In this document: piece by piece, positions 1 through 9,321 of the stretch
Layout: each line of letters starts with the position of its first letter
How positions within the stretch are numbered: position 1 is the stretch's first letter
Source of the DNA: Paraspadella gotoi
Lineage: Eukaryota; Animalia; Chaetognatha
Direction: 5' to 3'
Assembly: GCA_051294375.1 (NCBI GenBank)
Contig: JBJCIZ010000513.1
Location: forward strand, 1 to 11,157
DNA: 11,157 nt
The notes under the pieces: generated by a model
Seen by the model: the letters and a program-made list of their open reading frames with translations, nothing else
Database searches by the model: none
What the model was told of the DNA's origin: nothing
Made by a program: the position numbers and the translations under genes

Positions 1-139
1 AAAAGAGAGGGATATGATGAGAGATTATATAGATCAGGAGAGTGGTATTTCGACAGATCGTCTACTCGTGAGGAACACCTGCTTTATATCGTCTAATTTG
101 ACCAAAATTTGATGTAGAGAAACGGATCTATTCTTCTTG

Positions 140-530
140 AGAGTCTCTTTAAAAGTTGTTATCTCTTTGGAAGAATATCTCCGCGTCTGAGCCGCGTGTA
201 TTTAACACCATACGCTTTTTGAAATCTTACAGTTGTTTACCTTTTAGAAAAAGAGAAAATCAGAGATATTTACAGGAAAAATAGATTTTTTTTATATTAA
301 TATATTTTACAATAGGGAAAAAAAAACACGATAAAAAGTATATGTTGCCGATTTTTATTAATTTTTATAGTTTATTTTAAAGAATTTTTATTTCTTTTTT
401 ACAGTTGAAAAAAATCGTTTTACGAAACCTGTGATAAACCTATGTATAAAGTTCTCTACAAATTTATATATTTCAGCGAGAAAAAAGCGGGTGTCCGGGT
501 TCCTCTGGTGAAGTAATTAACGTATTTTTT
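140..530 (-). CDS. Putative repeated exon, partial
   Basis: TTTAAAAGTTGTTATCTCTTTGG at 148-170 and TTGAAAAAAATCGTTTT at 405-421 match the unit. Acceptor TAG at 533-531. Confidence 0.35.
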
Positions 531-696
531 CTATTGAGAAAGTAGGAGAGAAAGCTACATAAATTAGGAAGAGAGAGAGAAGGAGACATAAAAATAGAGA
601 AGGAGAGAGGGAAGGATTTGTTATTGTTTATTGATAAAAAGAAATAATTAATAAAAATTAAAAAGAACGTCCATCACAACTCTATACGTAAATTTT

Positions 697-1286
697 CCAA
701 TTTTAATTCTAAATCAAACAGAAATATACTCGATGATGTTATTTGCACGCGCGAAGTATATAATAACATATCAATCGTGTATATTTTGATTTTCTTTGTA
801 TCTCCTTTCTTATCGAATAAAACTAATCGGAGCTGTTCTCCGGTTGTGCTAATTTATTGAGAAATCTGTATATTCTATACTATTTTAAACAAATTTTGAA
901 ATTAGAAGAAGCAGTTTTTTATATATACCCGTGATATTTATTTATAAATAGAGTTAGTTTAATTTTAAATCTCTCTGGGAAATATGACGTCTGCCTGGGA
1001 GAATATTTTAAGAGACGTTTTTTTATTATCTAAATGATCTTAACTTGAGACTTTAAGAAAAGTGTCGTTTATTCGTGTTTTTTTTATATTTTTAAACATT
1101 GGATAAAACGTTCTTACACCACTTAAAGGGTTTATATTTTTAAATAAAAGTTTTTATTTAGTTATCTCTTTTTCACTAATTGAAAAAAAATCAGTTTGAT
1201 CGTTATTTTTTATTTTTAAAGTTTTCATATCCTATATCTTATTCACAGAGACAATAAAGTCTTTTGGTGTATTTAACGTTTTTATT
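697..1286 (-). CDS. Putative repeated exon (noisy copy, boundaries approximate)
   Basis: Ordered homology to the other units: CGATGATGTTATTTGCA at 731, ACATTGGATAAAACG at 1096 and GGTGTATTTAACGTTTTTATTC at 1266. Confidence 0.4.
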
Positions 1287-1424
1287 CTTTTTGTAAGAGT
1301 TGAGAGAATAGCTACATAAATTATTAAAGAGAAAAGTAGAGAGAGAAAGAGACATAAAAATAAAGAGAGGAAATTATGGTTTGTTTTTGATAAAGAAGTT
1401 TATTTAATATAACTTTGTCCTCAC

Positions 1425-2121
1425 CCAATTTTTAAAACCACCTACTGATGAATGTGTATTTGCAGAAGTATTTAACGTTTTTATAATTTCTTTTTTTCTT
1501 TGAAAATATCGTTATTCCGGTGTTTTAGAAAATTTTTTATCATCTTTTTACATTGGAAAAAAAGCGTATAATTATTTGTTTTTAAAGTGTTATCTTGCTT
1601 TGGAAATGTCGTCTCGCCGGTGTTATTCCTACACCCGTTTTTTAAGTATTACTTTTAATACTTTCAGAAAAAGTCGTTTATTACGAGTGTTTTTGTAACC
1701 CTCTTAATTTAGCATTAAGAAAAACGTTTTTCTATTTGTTTTTAAAAGTTGATTATCTCACATTTGAATGTCGTACTGTGCCCGCTGTAGCTCTTAAGCA
1801 TCTTCTTATTAACTCTCCTTTACCTTCTCTAGAAAAGTCGTGCTTATCCTCGTGTGTTCTCTTTCACTCTTCTTTTTAGCATTGAGGAAATAGAGAGAGC
1901 GGTATATTTGCCTAAGGAATATTTTTTTACACAAGAATATTTATAATTCTCTCTTTTTATATGCACGATTGGACCTTGAGAAATAGAGGAGTCGAGAGTG
2001 ATTCGTGTGTTGTTATGCCTTCGATTTACACAGTGTTTAATTACCACATATATTCTTTCTTACCACAGAGAAAAAAAATGGATCGCGTTTTTCGCGCTAC
2101 TTTTAACGTTATATTATAAAT
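1425..2121 (-). CDS. Putative repeated exon, longer variant with a duplicated three-sub-repeat block (right boundary approximate)
   Basis: Donor TTG G|GTGAG at 1425|1424-1420. The block at 1581-1740 is repeated at 1741-1890. Confidence 0.45.
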
Positions 2122-2336
2122 CTCACTTGAGGAAGTTGCTGAGAGTAACAGCTGTCCTAAACATAAAATATATCCCATCACACCTGAGCGCAACAAGAGA
2201 TGAGAGAACCGCAGAAGACGATAAGCTAGACTATATATAAGAAAAAAGAGAAAAGAGTAGTGTGTGTCTGCTCGATAAAAGATAGCGTATTATAATGGAA
2301 GAGTGTCGAGGAGCGCACGGAACCGCTAGCGGCCAC

Positions 2337-2897
2337 GAGAGTTTTGAACAGCACCGGCACGATGTATATTTATGCAGAGATCCATTAAGAGGCGGCGAGC
2401 TGATCTGTCTGTTTTCTCTGACAGAGTGAGTCGTTTCTGACGCACCGGCTCGTTTTAGAGTACACTTGTTTCATCTCTTTTTACCATTGGAAAAAGCGAG
2501 GTCTGTGTTTTTAAAAAAAAACAACTAAAGCACCAAGTTCTGTATTTCTGTTTATTTGGACTGTTTATCAGCGAAGCCGACGCTCTGAGAGAGAGGAAAA
2601 AAATAGTTGACTATTCTATTTTCGTCTTTCTGCGTCTGCCGCGGTGTGTACTTTAATCTCTCTCTCATTTTATTATTTTTATCTCTTACGAAAAGTCTCG
2701 TTTATCGGTGTTTTTTTAACTCTTTTTTTACATTGGAAAAAAACGTTTTGCCGGTTTTTTTAAAAGTTTTTTTAATTTCTTTTTACATTGGAAAAATGGC
2801 GTTTTCCTGTTCTTTTTTCTTAAGCTCTTTCATATCCCTTTTCTACAGAGAAAAAGGCCTCGTATTTTCTGGTGGTATTTCAACCCCTGTTTTTATG
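2337..2897 (-). CDS. Putative repeated exon (left boundary approximate)
   Basis: Homologous to the other units. TTT TCC AAT GTA AAA (FSNVK) can be read twice on the minus strand within 2725-2796. Acceptor TAG at 2900-2898. Confidence 0.45.
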
Positions 2898-3022
2898 CTA
2901 TTGAGAGTGGAGAAAGCTAGCATTAAAATTAAAGAGAAAGAGAGAGAGAAGGAGAACATAAAAATAAGAAAGGAGAAATTTGTTTGTTTTTGATTAAAGA
3001 TATTTAATAACCTGTTCCTCAC
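2898..3022 (-). other. Putative 125-nt phase-1 spliceosomal GT-AG intron (cleanest copy)
   Basis: The minus strand reads gtgaggaacagg...tttctcctttcttatttttatgttctccttctctctctctttctctttaattttaatgctagctttctccactctcaatag. This gives a GTGAG donor, a long pyrimidine tract and a YAG acceptor. Homologues are at ~531-677, 1287-1424, ~2122-2336, 3477-3627, ~4159-4312 and ~6087-6302. Confidence 0.55.
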
Positions 3023-3023
3023 T

Positions 3024-3476
3024 CCATTTTTAACAATTTTCGATGATTTGTTATTTGCAGAAGTATTTAACGTTTTTAATTTCTTTTTTTCTTTGAAAAT
3101 ATCGTTTTGTCAGCGCGTGTCTTCTTAAGAAATTTGCTTTATCCTCTTTTCTACCCATTGGACCAACCGACAGCCGCCTTCCTCTCTCTTTGGTTCTCTC
3201 TCTTTTTAAAAAGTTGTTATCTCGTCTTTGAGAAACTACCTCGTCCTGCCGCTGTTATTTTAACGTTTTTTATCATCTTTTACTTTAGAAAAGTCGTTTA
3301 TCGGTGTATTTTTTTATATTTTTACATTGGAAAAAAACGTTTGTCCGTTTTTTTAAGTTTTTATTGTCTTTTTTACATTGAAAAAATCGTTTTCTGTTAT
3401 TATTTAAAAGTTTTCATATCTTTATATAGGCGAGAAAAGTCGTTTTCTTGGTGTATCCTAACCGTTCTCCTCTTTC
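3024..3476 (-). CDS. Putative repeated exon (cleanest copy)
   Basis: Direct minus-strand translations are NTPINDFSKVK (3310-3278) and NDIFKEKKKLKTLNTSANN (3106-3050). Donor GTGAG at 3022-3018 and acceptor AG at 3478-3477. Confidence 0.55.
3056..3476. repeat. Internal ~40-51 bp sub-repeats (7-8 per unit), giving a higher-order repeat structure; the cleanest unit is shown
   Basis: Recurrent pattern GT(A/T)TTTAA..TTTTTAT.TCTTTTTACATTGGAAAAA.CGTTT.CCGGT, e.g. 3063-3108, 3254-3305, 3306-3348, 3349-3398 and 3399-3452. Also clear at 2701-2875 and 1468-1620. Confidence 0.85.
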
Positions 3477-3627
3477 CTATGAGACCGTCCCGAGAGAAAG
3501 CTTAAAGCACCTCACAACATCTACACAGCCAGCCGAGAAAACAGAAGAGAGCAAGGAGACATAAAAATAAAAGAGAGGAACATTTGTTTGTTTTGTGATA
3601 AAAAGATATTGAATAACTGTTCCTCAC

Positions 3628-4158
3628 CCAATTTTAAAACAACCTCGATGATGTTATTTGCAGAAGTATTTTTAAAGCGTTTTTTTACTTCTCTCTTTTC
3701 TTCTTTGAAAAATAATCGTTTTCCCGGGATGTTATTAGAATTTTTTATCTCTTCTTTTATCATTGGAAAAAGCGTTTTTCTTTCTCTTCTTCGCGCGCGT
3801 TCTGACATATAGCTTTGCGCTTGAGTTCCGACGTCGAGAAATGTAACGTCTGCCGCTGTACACGCTACTGTATTGTAATTCTGTTTGAGTGGCTATCTTT
3901 TGTTACTTGAGTATTATAAGTCTCCTCGTTTTTATGCGAGTGTTGGTTTTGGTAGTGTATAGTTGTTTTTACATTGGGAGATAGAGACGTTTGCCGCGGT
4001 TGGGTGTTTTGGTGGTTGTAAGAGTTTTGTATTTCTTATTAATTACATTATGAAAAAAATATTGTTTTCATAGTATATTAAATTTAAAAAGTTTATCATA
4101 TCATTTTTAACAGAGAAAAAGTCGTTATTCAATGGGTGTAATTTAAACGTATTAATAT
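3628..4158 (-). CDS. Putative repeated exon of an unrecognised repetitive protein (frameshifted by read errors)
   Basis: Direct minus-strand translations are NDFFSVKNDM (4126-4097) and NTSANNIIEVVLKL (3670-3629), followed by G|GTGAG with GT at 3627-3626. The acceptor AG is at 4160-4159. Confidence 0.55.
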
Positions 4159-6454
4159 CTATTTGAGGAGTGAAGGAGAGAAAGCTACGCAGGTAAGAAT
4201 TAAGAGAGAAAACCGCCAGAAGGAGAAAGGAGACATAAAATACAAGAAGAGAAAGAAAATAATTGTATTGTTTTGAGAGATAAAAAAAAGAGTAATTTAA
4301 TAAAACTGTCACACACAAAAAAAGAAAAGAAAAGTTGACTTTTATGTTTTAAATTTTTTTCGTGGTTTTTGTTGTTGCGAGAAAAAAGAGGGAGAAAAAA
4401 AAAGAGAGAACCTGTCCGCGCCTCGCATGATAGCTTGGATTTTTTGTAAGAATTTTATTTCGAGAAACAAAGGCAAATCTCAGAAGGCCGGCCCCCACTC
4501 CGATGATGTTTTTTTTCCCCCCCAAAAAAGATTTAACAATTTTAATTAACAAAAGAGGAGAGAGAAAGAAGATGATTAGAGCTGAGAACAAAAATGAGAT
4601 GAAACGAGTTAGTTAGAAATCAGATAAGAAACAATGGAATCGAGATTTGTGTTTTATTATTGTAAGGACAAATGGATGTTGCGCAATTCAATTTTTTCAT
4701 TGGTGGAGATACCGGCTGCAATGATAATATCCGTGGAATTTTATCAATCCTTTTTTTTTGGATAGGAGGGTAAGCACAAAAAAATCAAATTCTCGCCTTT
4801 TCCTAAATAATTGTATTTACTCCAGAATCCCCGCAAATATGTGGAAAAAAACACACAATGGATTAAAAGTTTATCCAAGAATCTTCCGGTGTTTTATTTG
4901 TTTATGTTGTTTAAACACTTATAAATTTATTAAAGTGTTTAAATACATTAAGTTCCTGTTGTGATATTTTAACATTGAGAAAGAAGACAGTATTATATTA
5001 TTTTTCTATTGTTTTAAAAGTTGTATAAATCAAAAGAAAAAAAAAAAAGCAGAGGGGGACGAGGGGGGGGGGGGGGTGGGGGGGGGGGGGGGGGAACAAG
5101 ACGAATATTGGGGTTTTTTGGGAGGTCTTGGAAGGAAGAGAAGGCCCAAACTTCTTTGCCCCGTCCTTGTGCTTGTTTTTATTTCTTTAATATTAATGTG
5201 ATGATATAGAAACAAATTGAAGGACCTCGCGCATAGGTTAGTCGGCTTACTGGAATTTGGGAAATTTCTTTTTTACTGTCCGCCCTCCGTATTCTCACTT
5301 AACAATGAGCAAACCCAAATATGATGGCCGTTAGTTATATCTGAGCACTTACTTTTTTTATACGTAAAGTGGTGACATACAGACCCTGACGGAGGGACGG
5401 AAACCGACTCAGATCCTGATGAGCCAGAACAAATCGAGGACCGAAAAAGTGTCTCATAGAGTTTGGGCTTTCGCGAGTACCCTCCGCGGCGCTATTTATA
5501 ATCCTACAAAAAAAAAACAAAACAAAAAAAAAATTGGTTGGAATTTTCGTCGATCGTCTGATGTTTTATTCGAGGGCAGGAACGACGCGCTTCGTGTTTT
5601 TTCGTGTGTCCTTTATCGTTTTTACTCGACGCTTTGGGGATTAAGGGACTACCTGATGGCGCCGGCGAGGGAAAAGGGGTGGGGGTCGGGGAAAAGTAAG
5701 GGCGGGGGATTCGGAGGTTGGCGATCACATCTTGAAGGGGGGTAGGGGAAGGGTGGTCAGGTCCTCATTAGAGTTCTTTTGTGCATCGCTTCGCCAGAGG
5801 TTGGAACGCGGGTGGGTTGGGCGCGTCCGATTTTCCTTCGCGGCTTGAAATTCGCGACCCCCGTCTTCTCTCTTTTTTGGATCTCATAAGCTTCTTCCTC
5901 ATTTCTTTTCTTTATCCATTCTGGCACCAAACAATCCGTTCTCTCCTGGCTTCCACTTGCCTTCTTTACACCAGTTTTCATCTTTTCTCTCTCATCTTTT
6001 TTACTTATTGAAGATAATAATGTCGCTCCGGCGCTTCTCCCTCCCCGCCTTCGTCCCGTGCTATCCCTCTACCATCGTTTTTATCTCTATCGCTTTCTTG
6101 AAGATCTCGTCGTTCTCTCTGCTCTTGCCTTCGAAGAGATCAAGCTATCTCATCATAAATAGTTCTATCAAGAGACAGCAGTCGTACTCGAGTACATGCG
6201 TCGAAGACATCTTCGAAAGAACTCTAAAAGCAAGCAGGAACTTTGGCTTTGTTTTTCGATAAAAGATATTTAAAGATAACCTTCCGTCTGCTTGTCCCTC
6301 GTTCTCCTATCTGTTTCCTTTCCTTTTGCGTGCTTCCTGATTGTTTAAACAAAAATCTTTTGTCCTTCCAGTCCCATTTTTTTTTCTTCTCTTCTTTTTT
6401 TAATTTATTTCGCTTTCTTTTCTTTTCTTTTATTCTTCGTTTTTATTTTCTAAC

Positions 6455-6600
6455 TATTCTTATTCTATTCCTATTCTAATTCTATTGTCTAGTTTTATTT
6501 CTATTCCTATTCTAAATTCTATTCTAATTTCTTATTACTATTCTTAATTTTCTATTCTATCCTATTCTTATTCTAGTTCTATTCTAATTCTTTTATTATC
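6455..6600. repeat. Degenerate (ATTCT)n/(TATTC)n pentamer-like tract, followed by a T/C-rich tract to ~6780
   Basis: Sequence reads tattctattcctattctaattctattgtctag...ctattcctattctaaattctattctaatt. It lies in the noisy half and may be artefactual. Confidence 0.6.
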
Positions 6601-7129
6601 TTTTTTTTTTTCTGTTTCTTTTCTTTTCTTTTCTTATTTCTTTTCTTTTCTGTTTCCTCCTTTTCTTTTCTCTTTTTTTCTTTTTCTTTTTTTCATTTGT
6701 CTCCTTTTCTTTTCTTTCTTTTTCGATTTCCTTTTTTTTTTTTATATTTTTTTTCTTTTTCTAACTTCTTTGTTTTTGCTTAACTTGGCATCCTTTTGTT
6801 TTTGAAATGTTTTGTTAATTTATATTAATTTATTAATTCAATTTAATCCAATCCGTCCGTGCCCCCCCCGCCCCGGGGGTTGTTTACCATATTTCCGTCC
6901 CGACACAAAATCTTTTTTCTCTTTTTTTCCTTCTTTTTTTATGAGGGAAAAGAGTTTTCCGAGGCGGATTACCGCCGGACAAAGCTTGCTATTTTAATCG
7001 GCATTGGCTTGGTAGTTAATTAAAACGCCGGTTCGCAAAATTTTTGGGATCCGTTTATCGGAAGATTTGATGTAAAGAGGGCGTTTGCTCCTATACTAAA
7101 TGGAATCGTCGTTAGGCGCGAAAATTTCG

Positions 7130-7325
7130 ACTCCTCTCTCTCTTTCTTTCTCTCTCTCCCTGCCTCTCTTCTCCTGCCTCCTCTCGTCGTCTCATCTCTT
7201 CTCTCTTCGTCTCGGGTTGATTCGGCTTTCTGTTCCTGCCGCCCCCCCCGCCCCCCCCCCCCCTTCCCCGTCTCATCTCTCTCTCTCGTCTGTCCTCACT
7301 CTCTCTCTCTCTCTCTCTCTCTCCT
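7130..7325. repeat. Degenerate (CT)n / C-rich low-complexity tract
   Basis: Pure CT run at ~7299-7323 and poly-C at 7242-7262. Confidence 0.6.
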
Positions 7326-8159
7326 ATTTCACCATCCATGTAAAGTAACAAATTTTCAATGTAGGCGGGGAAAAGATAAAAAAGAAAAATATTTAAAGAA
7401 AAAAAAAAGGGGAAGACGGCACGAGGTCCAGAACTAGGAAAAAGGGGACGGAAAAAAGAAAAGAAAGAAGCTTGAGAAGTAATGAACGGGGGGGCCGGGG
7501 CGGGGTCCCGTATCAACAAAAATGTTGGTCACAGATAAAAAAAGAGACAGAAATTAATCTTTTCCTTCGTTAATCGGGTCCCCATTTGTATCCCCCTCGT
7601 TGGAGCAAGTAAAGATGAAGAGATCTCGAAAAAAAATCGTCTGCGGTCCTTTTCCTTTTCTTTTTCGTTTCTGCTCTTGTTCCTTTCTTTTCTATTTTTT
7701 TTTTCTTTTAATCTTTGTTGCTTTTCCTCTCGCCTTTTCCTTTGTTTTCTTTTCTTATGTTCTCGCTCCCTTTCTCTTGTTCTTTGTCCTTGTCTTTGCT
7801 CATCGTCTTCTGTCTTGCTTTTCTCACCTGGCGTTCTGATTTTTCCCCCCCGTTTTCGCGTTTTTATTCTCTTCTCCGTTTTCCTTTGCTATCCTTCCGG
7901 TCTCCTTATTCTCGTTTCTTAACTTCGGCCGTACGTATTATTGTTATTTCTTTAAACCCCTATTAACTGTCTGCTTTCTCTCTCCCTCCCGCCCTTTAAT
8001 CCCCGCCCCCCTCTCTCCTCTCGTCTCTTTTCCCTCTCCCTCCAAGGTTTTTTTGTTTGTGGGGTGGGGGGAAGAAAAGAAAGAGAAAAAGGTTCAGAAT
8101 TTTTTGGGGTCTCCTCGATGAGGGATGAGAACCTGGTGCAATTTAATCCTGGCGGCCCC

Positions 8160-8272
8160 TCTCTGCTCTCTCGTCTCTCTGCTGCTCTCTCTCTGCTCTC
8201 TCTCTCTCTCTCTCGTCATCCTCTCGTCTGCTCTCGTCTCCTCTCCTCGCATTCTTTCTCTCTTCTCTCTCC
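8160..8272. repeat. Degenerate (CT)n tract
   Basis: Sequence reads ctctgctctctcgtctctctgctgctctctctctgctctctctctctctctctc. Confidence 0.6.
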
Positions 8273-8774
8273 CTTTTCGGCTCCTTTTCGGTTGTCCAAT
8301 GGTGTGTTGGGTGGGTTCAGTGTTCTTCTGGTGGTCTAGTCAGGGGGGAAAAGAAAAAATCCTCGCTCAATTCTTTCCGCCTCCTCCTCCCCCCCTCCTC
8401 CTCCTCTTCCTCCTCTGCCCCCCTTGCTTCTTCGGAAGCGCTTAGCCCAAGAGGGGGGGGGGAAAAAACCACCCAAGAACGGGTCCCCCGAAATTTTAAG
8501 TCTCTCAATTCCGATGCTTCCCGTCGAGCCTCTCTCCGTCTTCCTCTCTCGGTCTCGTGCCGCTCAGATCTCTCTCAGCTCGGTTCCTCTCTCTTCGCCC
8601 TTCTCCTTCTCTGCGTCCTGTCGCTTCGTTCGCGGTCCATCCGCCATCTTGCGGTGGGGTTTTTTTTTTTCTCTCTGCAGCTTTTCGTTCTATTTGTTTC
8701 GCGTTTCAGACCAACTTTCAGTCACTAATTAGCGTCGTAGTCGCTCGTCCGTGGTTCGGCCCCGCCGCGTCGCC

Positions 8775-8980
8775 GTCATCGAATCAGTCATCTAATCATC
8801 ATCATTCATCAGTCGATTTTTTATCATCATCATCATGCATCTTTAGCATCACATCAATCATCATCATCAAATTCATCAATCATCATCATCATCAATCATC
8901 ATCAATCAGCATCATCAGTCGATCGTACAATCTTTTTCGTCGTTTTATCGGTGTCCGTTCCGTCAAATCATCATCAAAAT
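8775..8980. repeat. Degenerate (CAT)n trinucleotide tract
   Basis: catcatcatcatcaatcatcatcaatcagcatcatc at 8881-8916, with similar flanking runs. Confidence 0.65.
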
Positions 8981-9235
8981 TAAGGTCGTCCTCTTCCACC
9001 TCCCTCCTGCCTCCTCGCTCCTGCCTTCCTCTCGCAACCGGAGTGCTTCAACCCTTTGGTCACGCCCCTCCATTTTTAATTACTCGACCCGGCGGTCGCT
9101 GTGGAATCCTCTGGGGGGGGGAAAAAGCGGCGTCGGGCGGGCGTCGGGCAGGAGACGGGTGCGACTTAAGCTTCAACCCCGCCCCCCCCCGCTGGGGGAC
9201 GAATGTCCCCCGCCCTAATCGATTTGCTCGCCGGT

Positions 9236-9321
9236 GAGAGAGAGAGAGTATAGAGAGAAGGAGAGAGAGAGAGAGAGAAGAGAGAGAAGGGAAAAGAGTA
9301 TAAGGGGGGGGGGGGGGGGGG
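9236..9321. repeat. (GA)n tract followed by poly-G
   Basis: GA repeats at 9236-9290 and a G run at 9304-9321. Confidence 0.65.

Larger units (their letters stand above)
140..6360. repeat. Head-to-tail tandem array of about 7 copies; consensus unit about 0.5 kb, observed 600-880 bp (last unit about 2 kb because of inserted noise)
   Basis: The same ordered motif string GAGAAAGCTAC..GGAGACATAAAAATA..TTTGTTTTTGATAAAAGATATT..TGTTCCTCACCCAATTTTAAAAC..CGATGATGTTATTTGCAGAAGTATTTAACG recurs. The GACATA-type anchor is at 585, 1351, ~2229 (degenerate), 2954, 3558, 4232 and 6206. The array is clear to ~4320 and traceable at 4501 (CGATGATGTT), 4968-5027 and 6075-6300. Confidence 0.92.

Noticed and set aside
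3050-3106. Resemblance to Ki-67 repeats (T-P sites, IFKE versus FKELF, similar super-repeat length)
   Set aside because: Only a three-residue coincidence, so no homology can be supported.
2607-3505. Plus-strand ORFs 2607..2993 and 3107..3505, which resemble each other (FYIGK motifs)
   Set aside because: They are F/L-rich antisense shadows of the T-rich repeat strand with TTG starts. Their similarity simply reflects the DNA repeat.
140-4320. CRISPR array
   Set aside because: There are no identical repeats separated by unique spacers. The sub-repeats are contiguous, the whole block recurs, and no cas genes are present.
4345-4410. Possible PacBio SMRTbell adapter remnant (GTTGTTGCGAGA)
   Set aside because: The match is too weak, and the repeat continues in the same orientation afterwards instead of flipping strand.
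140-6360. Rolling-circle concatemer of a small circular element
   Set aside because: It is disfavoured, though not excluded, by the unit-specific internal duplication, the splice-site architecture and the absence of any rep-like ORF.
8557-9237. 226-aa ORF with His/Ser/Ile runs
   Set aside because: It is open only because of the (CT)n and (CAT)n composition, has no recognisable domain, and lies in the noisy region.
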